In this document: in pieces, positions 26,512-35,607 of the stretch | Numbering within the stretch: position 1 is the first letter of the stretch | Layout: every line of letters starts with the position of its first letter | Source: an uncultured Alphaproteobacteria bacterium | GTDB taxonomy: Bacteria > Pseudomonadota > Alphaproteobacteria > JAJFIK01 | Direction: 5' to 3' | NCBI GenBank assembly: GCA_964522525.1 | Contig: CAZFWG010000001.1 | Span: 36,341 to 100,340, forward strand | Length of the DNA: 64,000 nucleotides | Notes under the pieces: generated by a model | The model's input: the letters and a program-made list of their open reading frames with translations, nothing else | What the model was told of the DNA's origin: nothing | Databases searched by the model: none | Translations under genes and position numbers: made by a program

Positions 26512-28511
26512 ATCAGTTCCACATCCTGCATGATCTCGATCAAGGCGGGCTTGTCGCTCGCCAGCCCCTTGGCGAAAGCATCCTTCAGTTCCTCGCGCTG
26601 CGTGACCCGGATGCCGAGGCCTCCGCACAGGGTCGCATAGTCCGCAAAGGAAGGGTTATGCAGACTGGTCTGCCAGACCGGCCATTGTCCGGCCCGCTGT
26701 TCCTTGGAAATCTTGCCCAGTTCGCTGTTGTTGAGCAGGATATGGGTGATGTTCATGCCGTATTTCACGGCCGTGGTGAATTCGGCCATATACTGACCAA
26801 ACCCGCCATCGCCACTGATCGACACCACTTTGCGGTCGGGGCCGCCCGGCGCCGTGCCGGCCTTGACCGCGCACCAGGCGCCAAGTGCCGCCGGAAAGGC
26901 AAAGCCGATCGAGCCCAGATAGCCGGACATCAAGACGGCCTGGTGTTTGGGCTCGAAATAGCGGCCGAAGGAATAGGTGTTGTTGCCCACATCGACGGCG
27001 ATGACGGCATCATCCGGTATCGTATCATTGAGAACGTCGAACACCGCGGCCGCGGAAAGGCCCTTGCCCAGATCATCCGTCAGGCGGCGTTTTTTCTCCT
27101 CCCGCCAGATGCGCCAGCGTTCGGCGATTTCATCGCGCTGATCCACCCGGTCGGCGGTACCGTCAAGGGCGCCGCACATCAGATCGGCCGTGACCCCCAC
27201 TTCGCCCCAGACCGGCGCATGGACCATGTGAAACTTGCCCAGCGCCATCTGGTCGAAATCGACCTGGATCAGGATCTTGGAGGTGGAAATACCGGTGTGG
27301 TCGGAAAACGAGGCCCCGAAAACACAGATCACGTCGGCTTCATTCATGAACCAACTGGCGATCGGCGTCCCGCTGCGCCCCAACACGCCGGCGGCGAGGG
27401 GGTGGGCGTCGGGGATCTGGCCCTTGCCCTTGAAGGTCGTTAGGACAGGCGCGTTCAGACGCTCGGCCAGGGCGATGATCTTGTCCATGGCCGTGCGCGC
27501 GCCATAGCCCACGACGATGATCGGCCGTTTGGCGGCGTTCAGGAAACGCATGGCCTGATCGAGGGCGTCGGGCGCCGGGGCGATATGGGGGTCGCCGATC
27601 CGGCCCTTGGGGTTCGAGGGCCGGGCTTTTTCATCCGCCTTCTGAACCTGGACTTCATCGGGGAAGATCAGATGGGCCACGTCGCGTTTGATGGTGGCGT
27701 GTTTGAGCGCGAGCGTCATCAGCTCCGCATGATCCGAGTTCTGCAAGGTCGTCTGGCTGAAGGTGGCCACGGGCGCGAAGGCGGAGGCCAGATCGATTTC
27801 CTGGAAGGCGCCGGGGCCGAAAACCTGGGTGTTGACCTGGCCGGTCAAGGCCAGGACCGGGGCCCGGTCGACCTTGGCATCCCATAGGCCCGTGAGCAGA
27901 TTGGTGGCGCCCGGCCCCGCGATCGCCAGACAGGCGGCGGGCTTGCCCGACAATTTGGCATAGCCGGAACAGGCAAAGGACGCCGCCCCTTCATGGCGAA
28001 TGCCGATATAGCTGAGATGGCCCGCGTCCTCTTCCCGGCGCAGGGCATCGGCCAGACCCAGATTGGAATGGCCCACCATGCCGAAGACATGGGTGACCCC
28101 CCAACGGGTCATGGTCTGGGCCATGATATCGCTGACCGTCGTTTCATGGGGTCCGCGCCCCGGCACGCCGACATAGATCCCGTCTTCCCGTTCCTCCACG
28201 GGAAAGGTGTCGATGCCGTCATCATGACCGCCGGGCGAGGTGCCGTCCCGGGGGTCAAAGTCCCAGCCATGCCAGGGGCAGCGCAACCAGCACCGGCCTT
28301 CGGCGCCGGTCTCGATCGAGCCTTCGCCCAAGGGACCACCCTGGTGGGGGCAGCGGTTGTCGACCGCCCAATGACGGCCCTCGAATTTGGACAGGGCCAC
28401 CGATGTGGTACCGGCGGTCGCGCTCTTGACGCGGCCCTCGTCCAACTCATCGAGCTCGGCCACCTTGTGCCATTCGAGGTCCGGGTTTGGGGCGGCGCCT
28501 TTGGTGCTCAT
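26508..28511 (-). CDS. N-terminal Rieske [2Fe-2S] domain fused to a thiamine-pyrophosphate-dependent enzyme (acetolactate synthase/pyruvate oxidase family)
   Basis: Rieske boxes CPHQGGPL and CPWHGWDF in the first ~110 aa. Then TPP_enzyme_N (GVTHVFGMVGHSNL), central and C-terminal TPP-binding domains (GSIGFAFPAALGA, ISGDGGFGQY). 667 aa. Confidence 0.75.
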   Translation of the reverse strand: MSTKGAAPNPDLEWHKVAELDELDEGRVKSATAGTTSVALSKFEGRHWAVDNRCPHQGGPLGEGSIETGAEGRCWLRCPWHGWDFDPRDGTSPGGHDDGIDTFPVEEREDGIYVGVPGRGPHETTVSDIMAQTMTRWGVTHVFGMVGHSNLGLADALRREEDAGHLSYIGIRHEGAASFACSGYAKLSGKPAACLAIAGPGATNLLTGLWDAKVDRAPVLALTGQVNTQVFGPGAFQEIDLASAFAPVATFSQTTLQNSDHAELMTLALKHATIKRDVAHLIFPDEVQVQKADEKARPSNPKGRIGDPHIAPAPDALDQAMRFLNAAKRPIIVVGYGARTAMDKIIALAERLNAPVLTTFKGKGQIPDAHPLAAGVLGRSGTPIASWFMNEADVICVFGASFSDHTGISTSKILIQVDFDQMALGKFHMVHAPVWGEVGVTADLMCGALDGTADRVDQRDEIAERWRIWREEKKRRLTDDLGKGLSAAAVFDVLNDTIPDDAVIAVDVGNNTYSFGRYFEPKHQAVLMSGYLGSIGFAFPAALGAWCAVKAGTAPGGPDRKVVSISGDGGFGQYMAEFTTAVKYGMNITHILLNNSELGKISKEQRAGQWPVWQTSLHNPSFADYATLCGGLGIRVTQREELKDAFAKGLASDKPALIEIMQDVELI

Positions 28512-28689
28512 CAGGGACGGTCCTTTCGGTCGTTTCTTGACCCTTCACAGATTATGTTTCCCACGGTCATGCCCCGGGCGTCACCAGTTTACCATTGTAA
28601 AAAATGCGCGATCACAGAAAACAACTTGTCGTAAGCGGTTGAGACGGTCGAGCATGGCGCTCCCGGCGGTCACAAGGAGAGAATGCCCC

Positions 28690-30306
28690 ATGAAGAATCG
28701 CATCGCGATCGCCCAATGGGATGAATTGAAAGATCGGGATCCGACCTATGCCTGTGTGGCGAATGTGGATCTTGTGATCATTCGTTACGACAATCAGGTA
28801 TCGGTCCTTTACGGACGATGTCTGCATCGGGGTGCTCTCCTGGCCGATGGGCATATTCGCGGTGAGGACCTGATCTGTGGTGTACATAATTGGGATTATC
28901 GCTACGACACGGGCGTCAGCGCCTACAACAATGAAGAGGTCCTGCAGAAATTCACGACCGAGATCGATTCGGGCTATGTTTATGTGGATGCGGACGAGAT
29001 CGCGGCGTGGGAAAAGGACCATCCCCAGCCCTATGACCGTCAGGCCTATCTTGGTCTCTATGCGGATACGCAAGGGACGCCGGACGAACCGCACACCGCG
29101 TTCATCCAGGAACTCGCCAATCATGGCCTGAAACGGGTGGGCCACCACGGGCCCATGGCGGCCATGGGCGTGCCCTTTCACACCCTTCCCCAGTGGGACG
29201 ACATTCAATTCGTCACGGCCCAGTTGCACCGTTTCCCGCTGCTTGATGAGGATCCGGTGGCGAGCGACGTGGTGATCGGCCCCAAGGCCAGACGGCCCCT
29301 CAAACTCGACATTCCCTTGCTGGTCTCGGATATGAGCTTCGGGGCGCTCTCCCAGGAAGCCAAGCTCGCCCTCGCCAAGGGCGCGGACGACGCGGGCACG
29401 GGCATCTGCTCGGGCGAGGGCGGCATGCTGCCCGAGGAGCAGGAAGCCAATCGGCGCTATTTCTATGAGCTGGCCTCGGCCCGTTTCGGCTTTTCCTGGG
29501 ACGCGGTTGGTAAGGTTCAGGCTTTCCATTTCAAGGGAGGTCAGGGCGCCAAGACCGGCACCGGCGGCCATGTGCCGGGCAGCAAAGTCACGGGCAAGGT
29601 GGCGCAGGTGCGCGGTCTTCAGGAGGGGGAGCCCGCGGTCTCGCCGGCCCGTTTTCCCGACTGGACCGAGCTGCGCCAGATCCGGGATTTCGCCGAGGAA
29701 GTGCGCGAGCGCACCGGCGGTATTCCCATCGGCTACAAGCTTTCCGCGCAGCAGGTGGAAAAGGACATCGACGCGGCGCTCAAGGTCGGTGTCGACTACA
29801 TCATCCTCGACGGCCGGGGCGGCGGCACCGGTGCCGCGCCGACCCTGTTTCGGGACCACATCGCCGTGCCCACGATTCCGGCCCTGGCCCGGGCCCGGCG
29901 CCATCTCGACCATCTGGGCTGTGCCCATGTCACGCTGATCGTGACCGGGGGCCTGCGCACGCCGGCCGATTTCGCCAAGGCGCTGGCGCTGGGGGCCGAC
30001 GCCATTGCCCTTTCCAACGCGGCGATGATGGCCATCGGCTGTCTGGCCATGCGGGCCTGCAACACCAACAACTGTCCCGTCGGTATTACCTCCATGAAGG
30101 ACCATCTCAGGGCGCGCCTTGAGATCGAGGCCTCGGCCCGTCGATTGCACAATTTTTTCGAAGCCTCGGTCGATCTTATGAAGGTAATGGCAAGGGCCTG
30201 CGGTCATCATCATTTGGGGGACTTCTGTCTTGAGGACTTGGTCACCTGGAAGGATGACGTGGCAAAGCTGACGGGCGTTCCCTATGGCGGCGTGGGGCGC
30301 TCATAG
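28690..30306 (+). CDS. N-terminal Rieske-type [2Fe-2S] domain fused to an FMN-binding glutamate-synthase-family (GltS FMN) domain
   Basis: Rieske-like boxes CLHRGALL and CGVHNWDY. Then the Glu_synthase-type FMN/Fe-S barrel (SDMSFGALS, GEGG, KVAQ..GQGAKTGTGGHVPG, ILDGRGGGTGAAP). AAGGAGAG RBS 9 nt before the ATG at 28690. The 101 in-frame codons upstream were rejected. Confidence 0.75.
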   Translation: MKNRIAIAQWDELKDRDPTYACVANVDLVIIRYDNQVSVLYGRCLHRGALLADGHIRGEDLICGVHNWDYRYDTGVSAYNNEEVLQKFTTEIDSGYVYVDADEIAAWEKDHPQPYDRQAYLGLYADTQGTPDEPHTAFIQELANHGLKRVGHHGPMAAMGVPFHTLPQWDDIQFVTAQLHRFPLLDEDPVASDVVIGPKARRPLKLDIPLLVSDMSFGALSQEAKLALAKGADDAGTGICSGEGGMLPEEQEANRRYFYELASARFGFSWDAVGKVQAFHFKGGQGAKTGTGGHVPGSKVTGKVAQVRGLQEGEPAVSPARFPDWTELRQIRDFAEEVRERTGGIPIGYKLSAQQVEKDIDAALKVGVDYIILDGRGGGTGAAPTLFRDHIAVPTIPALARARRHLDHLGCAHVTLIVTGGLRTPADFAKALALGADAIALSNAAMMAIGCLAMRACNTNNCPVGITSMKDHLRARLEIEASARRLHNFFEASVDLMKVMARACGHHHLGDFCLEDLVTWKDDVAKLTGVPYGGVGRS

Positions 30307-30453
30307 GGCATCGGGAGAAACGCGTTGCCAGGGGAGGTAGTCGGTCCGGCTTAGGCCTTTTGACCAGTTCCCGGCGTTAACCAAAATTTTACCTTTCATT
30401 GGACCCGAGGTGCCATCCCGGCTAGCCTTGGAGCCGGTGGAGGGACGGCAGCA

Positions 30454-30747
30454 ATGCGGATCTGGTACGAAATCGAAGACGCTTTGGAGACCTGCTTCGA
30501 AGATGTGGAGCGGGCGATCCATACGGAATGTCGGTTCGAGGTTTGGGAGTGGTGTGCCCTGGAAAGCGGCGCCGAGGCGAGCCTTGTGGGGCGCTTCTCA
30601 AACCGCCGACTTGCCCAGCTGTTCATTTCCCGGATGGAAAGCGAAGTCGAGGAAACGGGCCGGGGCGCCCATTATCCCCGTGACGACCGTCAGCGGGCGC
30701 TCGATGCTTTCCATGCCGTCAGTCCTACCGACAGCACCGTCCACTGA
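30454..30747 (+). CDS. Hypothetical acidic protein (97 aa)
   Basis: GGAGGG RBS upstream of the ATG. No recognisable motif. Lies downstream of, and co-oriented with, the Rieske-GltS gene. Confidence 0.4.
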   Translation: MRIWYEIEDALETCFEDVERAIHTECRFEVWEWCALESGAEASLVGRFSNRRLAQLFISRMESEVEETGRGAHYPRDDRQRALDAFHAVSPTDSTVH

Positions 30748-30862
30748 AGACACGGTTTTGAGACCGCGATTGTAAGCGCGCGGTTTCGGGCACGCAGGCC
30801 GCGCCAGGTCTCCTGTGCGCAGGTATTATCTGCCGCTTGCGGATGAAACGAAGGCGCGCGTC

Positions 30863-31012
30863 TTATTGGGTGACGGCCTCTGCGTTTTCCTCCATGCCAT
30901 CCTGTGCCGGAACATCCTCGGAAAATGTCACGGCGAGCATCAGCAGGGCGATGATGCCGATTGCGATGCCAAGGGGGCTCGGCCGATTGTCGTCCAGCGA
31001 AAAATCCGCCAT
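30863..31012 (-). CDS. Small single-TM protein (49 aa), below the ORF-track length cutoff
   Basis: Reverse-strand translation gives MADFSLDDNRPSPLGIAIGIIALLMLAVTFSEDVPAQDGMEENAEAVTQ. GAGGAA RBS 9 nt upstream. Lies in an AT-richer 460-bp gap. Confidence 0.35.
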   Translation of the reverse strand: MADFSLDDNRPSPLGIAIGIIALLMLAVTFSEDVPAQDGMEENAEAVTQ

Positions 31013-31207
31013 GAGACGTTCCTCATTTTATCATTATGTCGGCAGGGAGGCCGACACTTCTTCAGTATTTGATATACTATCGATCGCGCGGGCCGCCGGG
31101 CGCGACCCCTCGTTTGTTGTCTGAACGTGGCCGAACCCCAAAATAAGCAGGGCCTCACGCCGTGTTACGAATTATGCATCACATGTGAGAACAGCTTCTC
31201 ATCAACA

Positions 31208-32170
31208 TTACGGATTGGCAAGATCTTCCCGCGCCAGGGTTTCAACACCCAGAATCCAGGCCTCTTCCTTGAGAATCGCCTTGTTTTGCGCCGCCGTCAC
31301 GACGCGTGGCCCCTTAAACAATTGGTGCAGCTCGTTTTTTTCGTCGAGGGCTGACAGATACTCGACAACATTTCGCACCTGCACGGCGTCTTTCACCTCT
31401 CCGGGCGCCCCATGTCGAACCCAGAGAGAAGGATAAATCTCCGCCATTGTGACCATGGCGTCACAGTCATCGGGTGGCGCCAGGCCGGTTTCAAACGGCC
31501 AGACATTGATCCGGGAGCCGATCACCGGATCCCGGCGGAGCGCTTCGAGGACGGGCAGACCCATCAGCACCTGGCTGCCCACCGATCCCGTGGTGTAGAG
31601 CTTCCACACCGGTTGGGCGCCTTGCGCGGCCCGGTCGGCCAATCGTCGCTCCGCGATATCACCGGGGCCATGGGGCCGGCTTTTGCGTTGGGTCAAGAAG
31701 GGCGCGTCCCTGCCCACGGGACATCCCCAGAACGGAAACGCGGTCCCGGATAGGGTCTCGTTCATCCGTGCCGCGACGGTGAAGCGATTGTTTTCATTGC
31801 GCGGACCATCTTCGATCTCCCGCGCCAGATAGGACCAGAGCCGTTGCCAGGGAGGCTTCCGACCCGGCAAGCGCAACGCTGCCGCTGTCCCCGCCGGATA
31901 GCCGAAGGGGAAGTCGAAGCCGGCAAGCACCTGGCTTCCCCGGTTCAGCCGCTCACGGAACAAGTCATGGAGCCTGGCGCGTGCCTGCCCGCGAGTCTCG
32001 GGATTTTCCAGATGAACGGGCGTGTGCGCGCCCGCGTCCCGATCTAACACCGCGATCCAGATGCTGTCGGCGCCCGTCCGGGGGCGGGCAGCGGCGGACC
32101 AGTCCACCATGATGAAACTGTCGAACTGGGCGATGGCTTGGGACCGGTTTGGGGCGTCGCGGGCAGGCAT
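31208..32170 (-). CDS. Conserved hypothetical protein (possibly DUF429-like)
   Basis: 320 aa with no diagnostic motif I can name with certainty. Codon usage is consistent with the genome. Confidence 0.5.
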   Translation of the reverse strand: MPARDAPNRSQAIAQFDSFIMVDWSAAARPRTGADSIWIAVLDRDAGAHTPVHLENPETRGQARARLHDLFRERLNRGSQVLAGFDFPFGYPAGTAAALRLPGRKPPWQRLWSYLAREIEDGPRNENNRFTVAARMNETLSGTAFPFWGCPVGRDAPFLTQRKSRPHGPGDIAERRLADRAAQGAQPVWKLYTTGSVGSQVLMGLPVLEALRRDPVIGSRINVWPFETGLAPPDDCDAMVTMAEIYPSLWVRHGAPGEVKDAVQVRNVVEYLSALDEKNELHQLFKGPRVVTAAQNKAILKEEAWILGVETLAREDLANP

Positions 32171-32196
32171 CGACGCAATGTCGGTTCCGGCCTCCG

Positions 32197-32874
32197 TCAG
32201 CCTGCCCGATATCTTTGGGGGAAGCCATGCCTGAAGGGCGTACCACCCCTCAGGACAGAGAGGAAATCATAGGCTTTCGTGGTGTGCAAATGCCGGAGGC
32301 GAGCCAAAATGCCGCTTGAGGCCATATGCAGGCGCAAGGTCGAGGCTTTCCTCGGATGCACTGGGCCGGCGCCCTGAGCGGGCGAGGCCACGAGAGGATC
32401 ATTGACCTTGTTTTCCGTCCCAAGACCATTGAGGCGCTGCCGCTCCGCTGGCGTGAGGTGCAACATGGCGTCATCCATATGCCAGTCCAGCGCGGCATCG
32501 CTGGCGAAACGGTGCGTCCTGGGAATACCGTCGAGGGTCGGTGACAGATCACTGGCCTGGGATCGGAGGGGCGGTCGCACCGAAAGGCCCTGAAGGGCGA
32601 GGGAGATTTCGCTGGCCTGTACGCTTCTCAGCGTGACGAGACGACCGGATCCCTGTTGATCCTGGGTCATGGGCAGACCCAAAAGGGCCCAATCTGCCTT
32701 CGGAGCCGACGCCGGGCCTTGGGCCTGCCGGAAGCTGTGAAGCAATCGCTGCGCAAAAGGCATCTTCTCGTTGACGAAGGCGCCATAGGCCCCGATCAGG
32801 ACGATCATGCACAGGCCGGCGATGGCCCTGTAGGTCAGCCGTTTTCGAAACTCGTTGAGGAGGAAATAGATCAT
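32197..32874 (-). CDS. Membrane-anchored hypothetical protein
   Basis: One N-terminal TM helix (AIAGLCMIVLIGAYGAFV). Weak RBS. Lies between motA and the downstream hypothetical on the same strand. Confidence 0.4.
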   Translation of the reverse strand: MIYFLLNEFRKRLTYRAIAGLCMIVLIGAYGAFVNEKMPFAQRLLHSFRQAQGPASAPKADWALLGLPMTQDQQGSGRLVTLRSVQASEISLALQGLSVRPPLRSQASDLSPTLDGIPRTHRFASDAALDWHMDDAMLHLTPAERQRLNGLGTENKVNDPLVASPAQGAGPVHPRKASTLRLHMASSGILARLRHLHTTKAYDFLSVLRGGTPFRHGFPQRYRAG

Positions 32875-33035
32875 GGATTTGAGGAACCTTACCGCTCCGT
32901 AAGATAGCCGGAGTGTAAGGGCGCCGATCCAGGACCAACAAGTAAAGAAACCCTTGCCGGAGGTCTTATTTGGTCACATGTTGCCGTGAAGTGCCAGTCT
33001 GTGAATAAAGAGAGTAAGTCTCGACTTGCGCACAG

Positions 33036-33908
33036 CTAGCCCACTTCTGGGGGTATCTCTTTGATCGCCTCTTCAAGCTGGGAAAAGCTTGGCTGGACTT
33101 CCGTGGGCACATTTCCGCGCCCGATTTCCACAGAGATTTGCGGCGCGTTGCCGTGGAGATGGGCAACGAGCACATCCCGGACAATCAAATAATAGTGGGT
33201 GTCCTCGCCCAGGATGGCCTTCAGCCGGGCCGCCATGGGACCGACGAAACCATAGGCCAGGAACACGCCCAGAAACGTCCCGACCAGGGCGCCGCCGATC
33301 ATCTTGCCGAGCACGGCCGGCGGTTCGTTGATCGCCGACATGGTCTTGATGATCCCCAAAACGGCGGCCACGATCCCAAGGGCCGGCAGGCCGTCGGCCA
33401 TGTTCTGCATGGCATCGGCGGAGGCTTCGGTCTCGTGGTGGTGCTTGTCGAGTTGCTTCTCCATCACGTCCTCGACCTGATGGGGGTCCTCGAAATTCAT
33501 CGTCATCATGCGGAGGGTATCGGTGACGAAGTGAAGCACGTGATGATCCTTAAGGATCTTGGGATAGCGCGAGAAGATCGTGCTTTCTTCGGGGTTTTCC
33601 AGATGCGCCTCGAGGGCGATCACGCCCTTGGTCTTGATGGTCTTGGTCAGGAGGAAAAGCAGGCAGAGAAGATCGGTGTAGTCCTGCGCCTTCCATTTCG
33701 GGCCTGCGAATACCTTGCCGAAACCGCCCAGTGTCGCCTTCACATTGGCCATGCCGTTGGAGATAAGGAAGGCCCCGACGGCGGCGCCGCCGATCATCAT
33801 CAATTCAAAGGGGGCCGCCTTGATGATCACGTCGAAGTGACCGCCGGCGAGCATGAAGCCGCCGAAAACCATCACGAACACGACAATAATACCGACAATC
33901 GGCAGCAT
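33036..33908 (-). CDS. motA: Flagellar motor stator protein MotA
   Basis: MotA/TolQ/ExbB proton-channel architecture. N-terminus MLPIVGIIVVFVMVFGGFMLAGG, cytoplasmic loop, C-terminal TM3/TM4 (LGIVAAVLGIIKTMSAINEPPAVLGKMIGGALVGTFLG). Start chosen at the second ATG (33908). The ORF-track ATG at 33953 is an alternative. Confidence 0.75.
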   Translation of the reverse strand: MLPIVGIIVVFVMVFGGFMLAGGHFDVIIKAAPFELMMIGGAAVGAFLISNGMANVKATLGGFGKVFAGPKWKAQDYTDLLCLLFLLTKTIKTKGVIALEAHLENPEESTIFSRYPKILKDHHVLHFVTDTLRMMTMNFEDPHQVEDVMEKQLDKHHHETEASADAMQNMADGLPALGIVAAVLGIIKTMSAINEPPAVLGKMIGGALVGTFLGVFLAYGFVGPMAARLKAILGEDTHYYLIVRDVLVAHLHGNAPQISVEIGRGNVPTEVQPSFSQLEEAIKEIPPEVG

Positions 33909-34238
33909 CACGCACCCCCACCCCAGACCCGGGTGCGTTGATCGTTCCGTCACCCCCGAGCGTGAGAGCGCCCGCCGGCAAAAGACCTCTTCGGATCGTG
34001 CCGGCCGTGGCGCTCACTCGCCCGCCAGTATCTCCGGTCACCCTTAATGTCGGATGAAATGGCGGGCCCTTGGCGCGTGCCCTTGAGGGCTGAGGGCTGA
34101 GGGCTGAGGGAGGGGGCACCCCGGGACCGGGCATCCATAAGGGTTGCCATCGCTGCTTGACGCCATGGGGTTTTCCGTTGTCTGACTGGTCCGGAGGATT
34201 TCTCCTTTCCCGCCGCCCCGCGCAGGGTACGATGCTTC

Positions 34239-35564
34239 ATGACCATGGAAAAACACGCCGGGGCTGGCGATCAGGACCGCGACATGCCGATGGAGGCGGC
34301 GATCCATGGAGCTGCCCCCTCCGAGACATCCTGTAAGCCGATGCCCGATCCCGCCGTTTCCGCGGGCCGCGTCACCACGCCGCGTGAGCGGGCGCGGGCC
34401 TTCGTCATCCTGTTTTTGAGCATGACCTGCCTTGGCATGGGGCAGACGGTGATCTTTGCCATCCTGCCGCCGCTCGCCCGGCAACTGGGCTTTATCGATT
34501 TTCAGGTGGGCGCGATCTTTATGGTTTCGGCCGTGGCCTGGCTGGTCATGAGCCCGTTTTGGGGACGGCAAAGCGACTATTGGGGCCGCAAACCCGTCAT
34601 CCTGGTCGGGCTTGTGGGTTTCGTTCTGTCCACGATCCTGTTTGCTGGGCTGTTGGCCTGGGGGCTTGCGGCGGCCGTACCGATGATTCTGCTCTACCCA
34701 GCGCTCATCCTGTCACGGACGATCTACGGGGTGCTGGGCCCGGGGGCCGCGAGCGCCGCCCAGGCCTATGTCGCCGACCGCACCAGCCTTGAAAACAGGA
34801 CCTCAAGCCTTGCGGCCATGGGCTCGGCTTTCGTGTTGGGCACGACCTTCGGCCCCGGCATGGTCGGCCTGTTGTCGGGTTACGGCCTGCTCGCGCCCCT
34901 TTTCGGGGTCGCCGCCCTGGGCGCGATCAGCGTTTTGGCGATCGGGCTGTTGCTGCCGGAACGGACCGGCCCCAAGCCTCAAAAACCGACGCCCCGCATG
35001 CAGCTGTGGGATCCCCGGGTGCGTGAGCCCTTGGGGATTTGCATCCTGCTGTCAACGGCCCAGGCCATCCCGGTGCAGACCGTTACGTTTTTCTTCATCG
35101 ACCGGTTCCAGAAGGCGCCGGCCCTGGCCGCCGAGTTCGCGGCCCAGGCTCTGCTGGCCTCCTCTTTTTCCATGCTGATTGTCCAGCTCGTGGTCCTGCC
35201 GCGCTTGAGATGGACAGGGCGTCGCCTGATGGGCGTCGGTTCCGTCCTCGCCACGATCGGCTTTGCTTTGATGATCGCGGCGGACGCACCGAACATGGTC
35301 GTTGTGGGCATGGTGTTTGTGGGTCTGGGTTTCGCGGCCGCGCGGGCGGGCGGTGTCGGCGAGGCGTCTCTTGCCGTGCCGCCGGAGGAACAAGGGGCCG
35401 TTGCCGGGCTCGTCAGCGCCACGGGCGGTGCGGGATTCGTGGTGGCCCCCCTTGTCGCCTTTCCGCTCTACGCACTGACGCCCTCGGCACCCTATGGCCT
35501 GTCCATGGCGCTTCTGGTCGCGGTCGTCCTCTGGCTGATGTTCAATAGAGGCGCGCGCAGATAG
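34239..35564 (+). CDS. MFS transporter
   Basis: 12 predicted TM helices. MFS motif-A-like GRQSDYWGRKPV between TM2 and TM3. The true start may be an internal ATG (for example 34341). Confidence 0.75.
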   Translation: MTMEKHAGAGDQDRDMPMEAAIHGAAPSETSCKPMPDPAVSAGRVTTPRERARAFVILFLSMTCLGMGQTVIFAILPPLARQLGFIDFQVGAIFMVSAVAWLVMSPFWGRQSDYWGRKPVILVGLVGFVLSTILFAGLLAWGLAAAVPMILLYPALILSRTIYGVLGPGAASAAQAYVADRTSLENRTSSLAAMGSAFVLGTTFGPGMVGLLSGYGLLAPLFGVAALGAISVLAIGLLLPERTGPKPQKPTPRMQLWDPRVREPLGICILLSTAQAIPVQTVTFFFIDRFQKAPALAAEFAAQALLASSFSMLIVQLVVLPRLRWTGRRLMGVGSVLATIGFALMIAADAPNMVVVGMVFVGLGFAAARAGGVGEASLAVPPEEQGAVAGLVSATGGAGFVVAPLVAFPLYALTPSAPYGLSMALLVAVVLWLMFNRGARR

Positions 35565-35607
35565 CCCCGCGCCCGCGAACCGGGGACGCTTATCCTGATC
35601 CTGGCGG

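Noticed and set aside
26512-26628. Upstream 39 codons of the 197-aa membrane-protein ORF
   Set aside because: They lie inside the Rieske-TPP coding sequence in another frame. The ATG at 26511 gives stop-start coupling.
28387-28689. Upstream 101 codons of the Rieske-GltS ORF
   Set aside because: Overlaps the divergent promoter region and the Rieske-TPP gene start, has no RBS, and is Ser/Arg-rich junk. The ATG at 28690 has an AAGGAGAG RBS.
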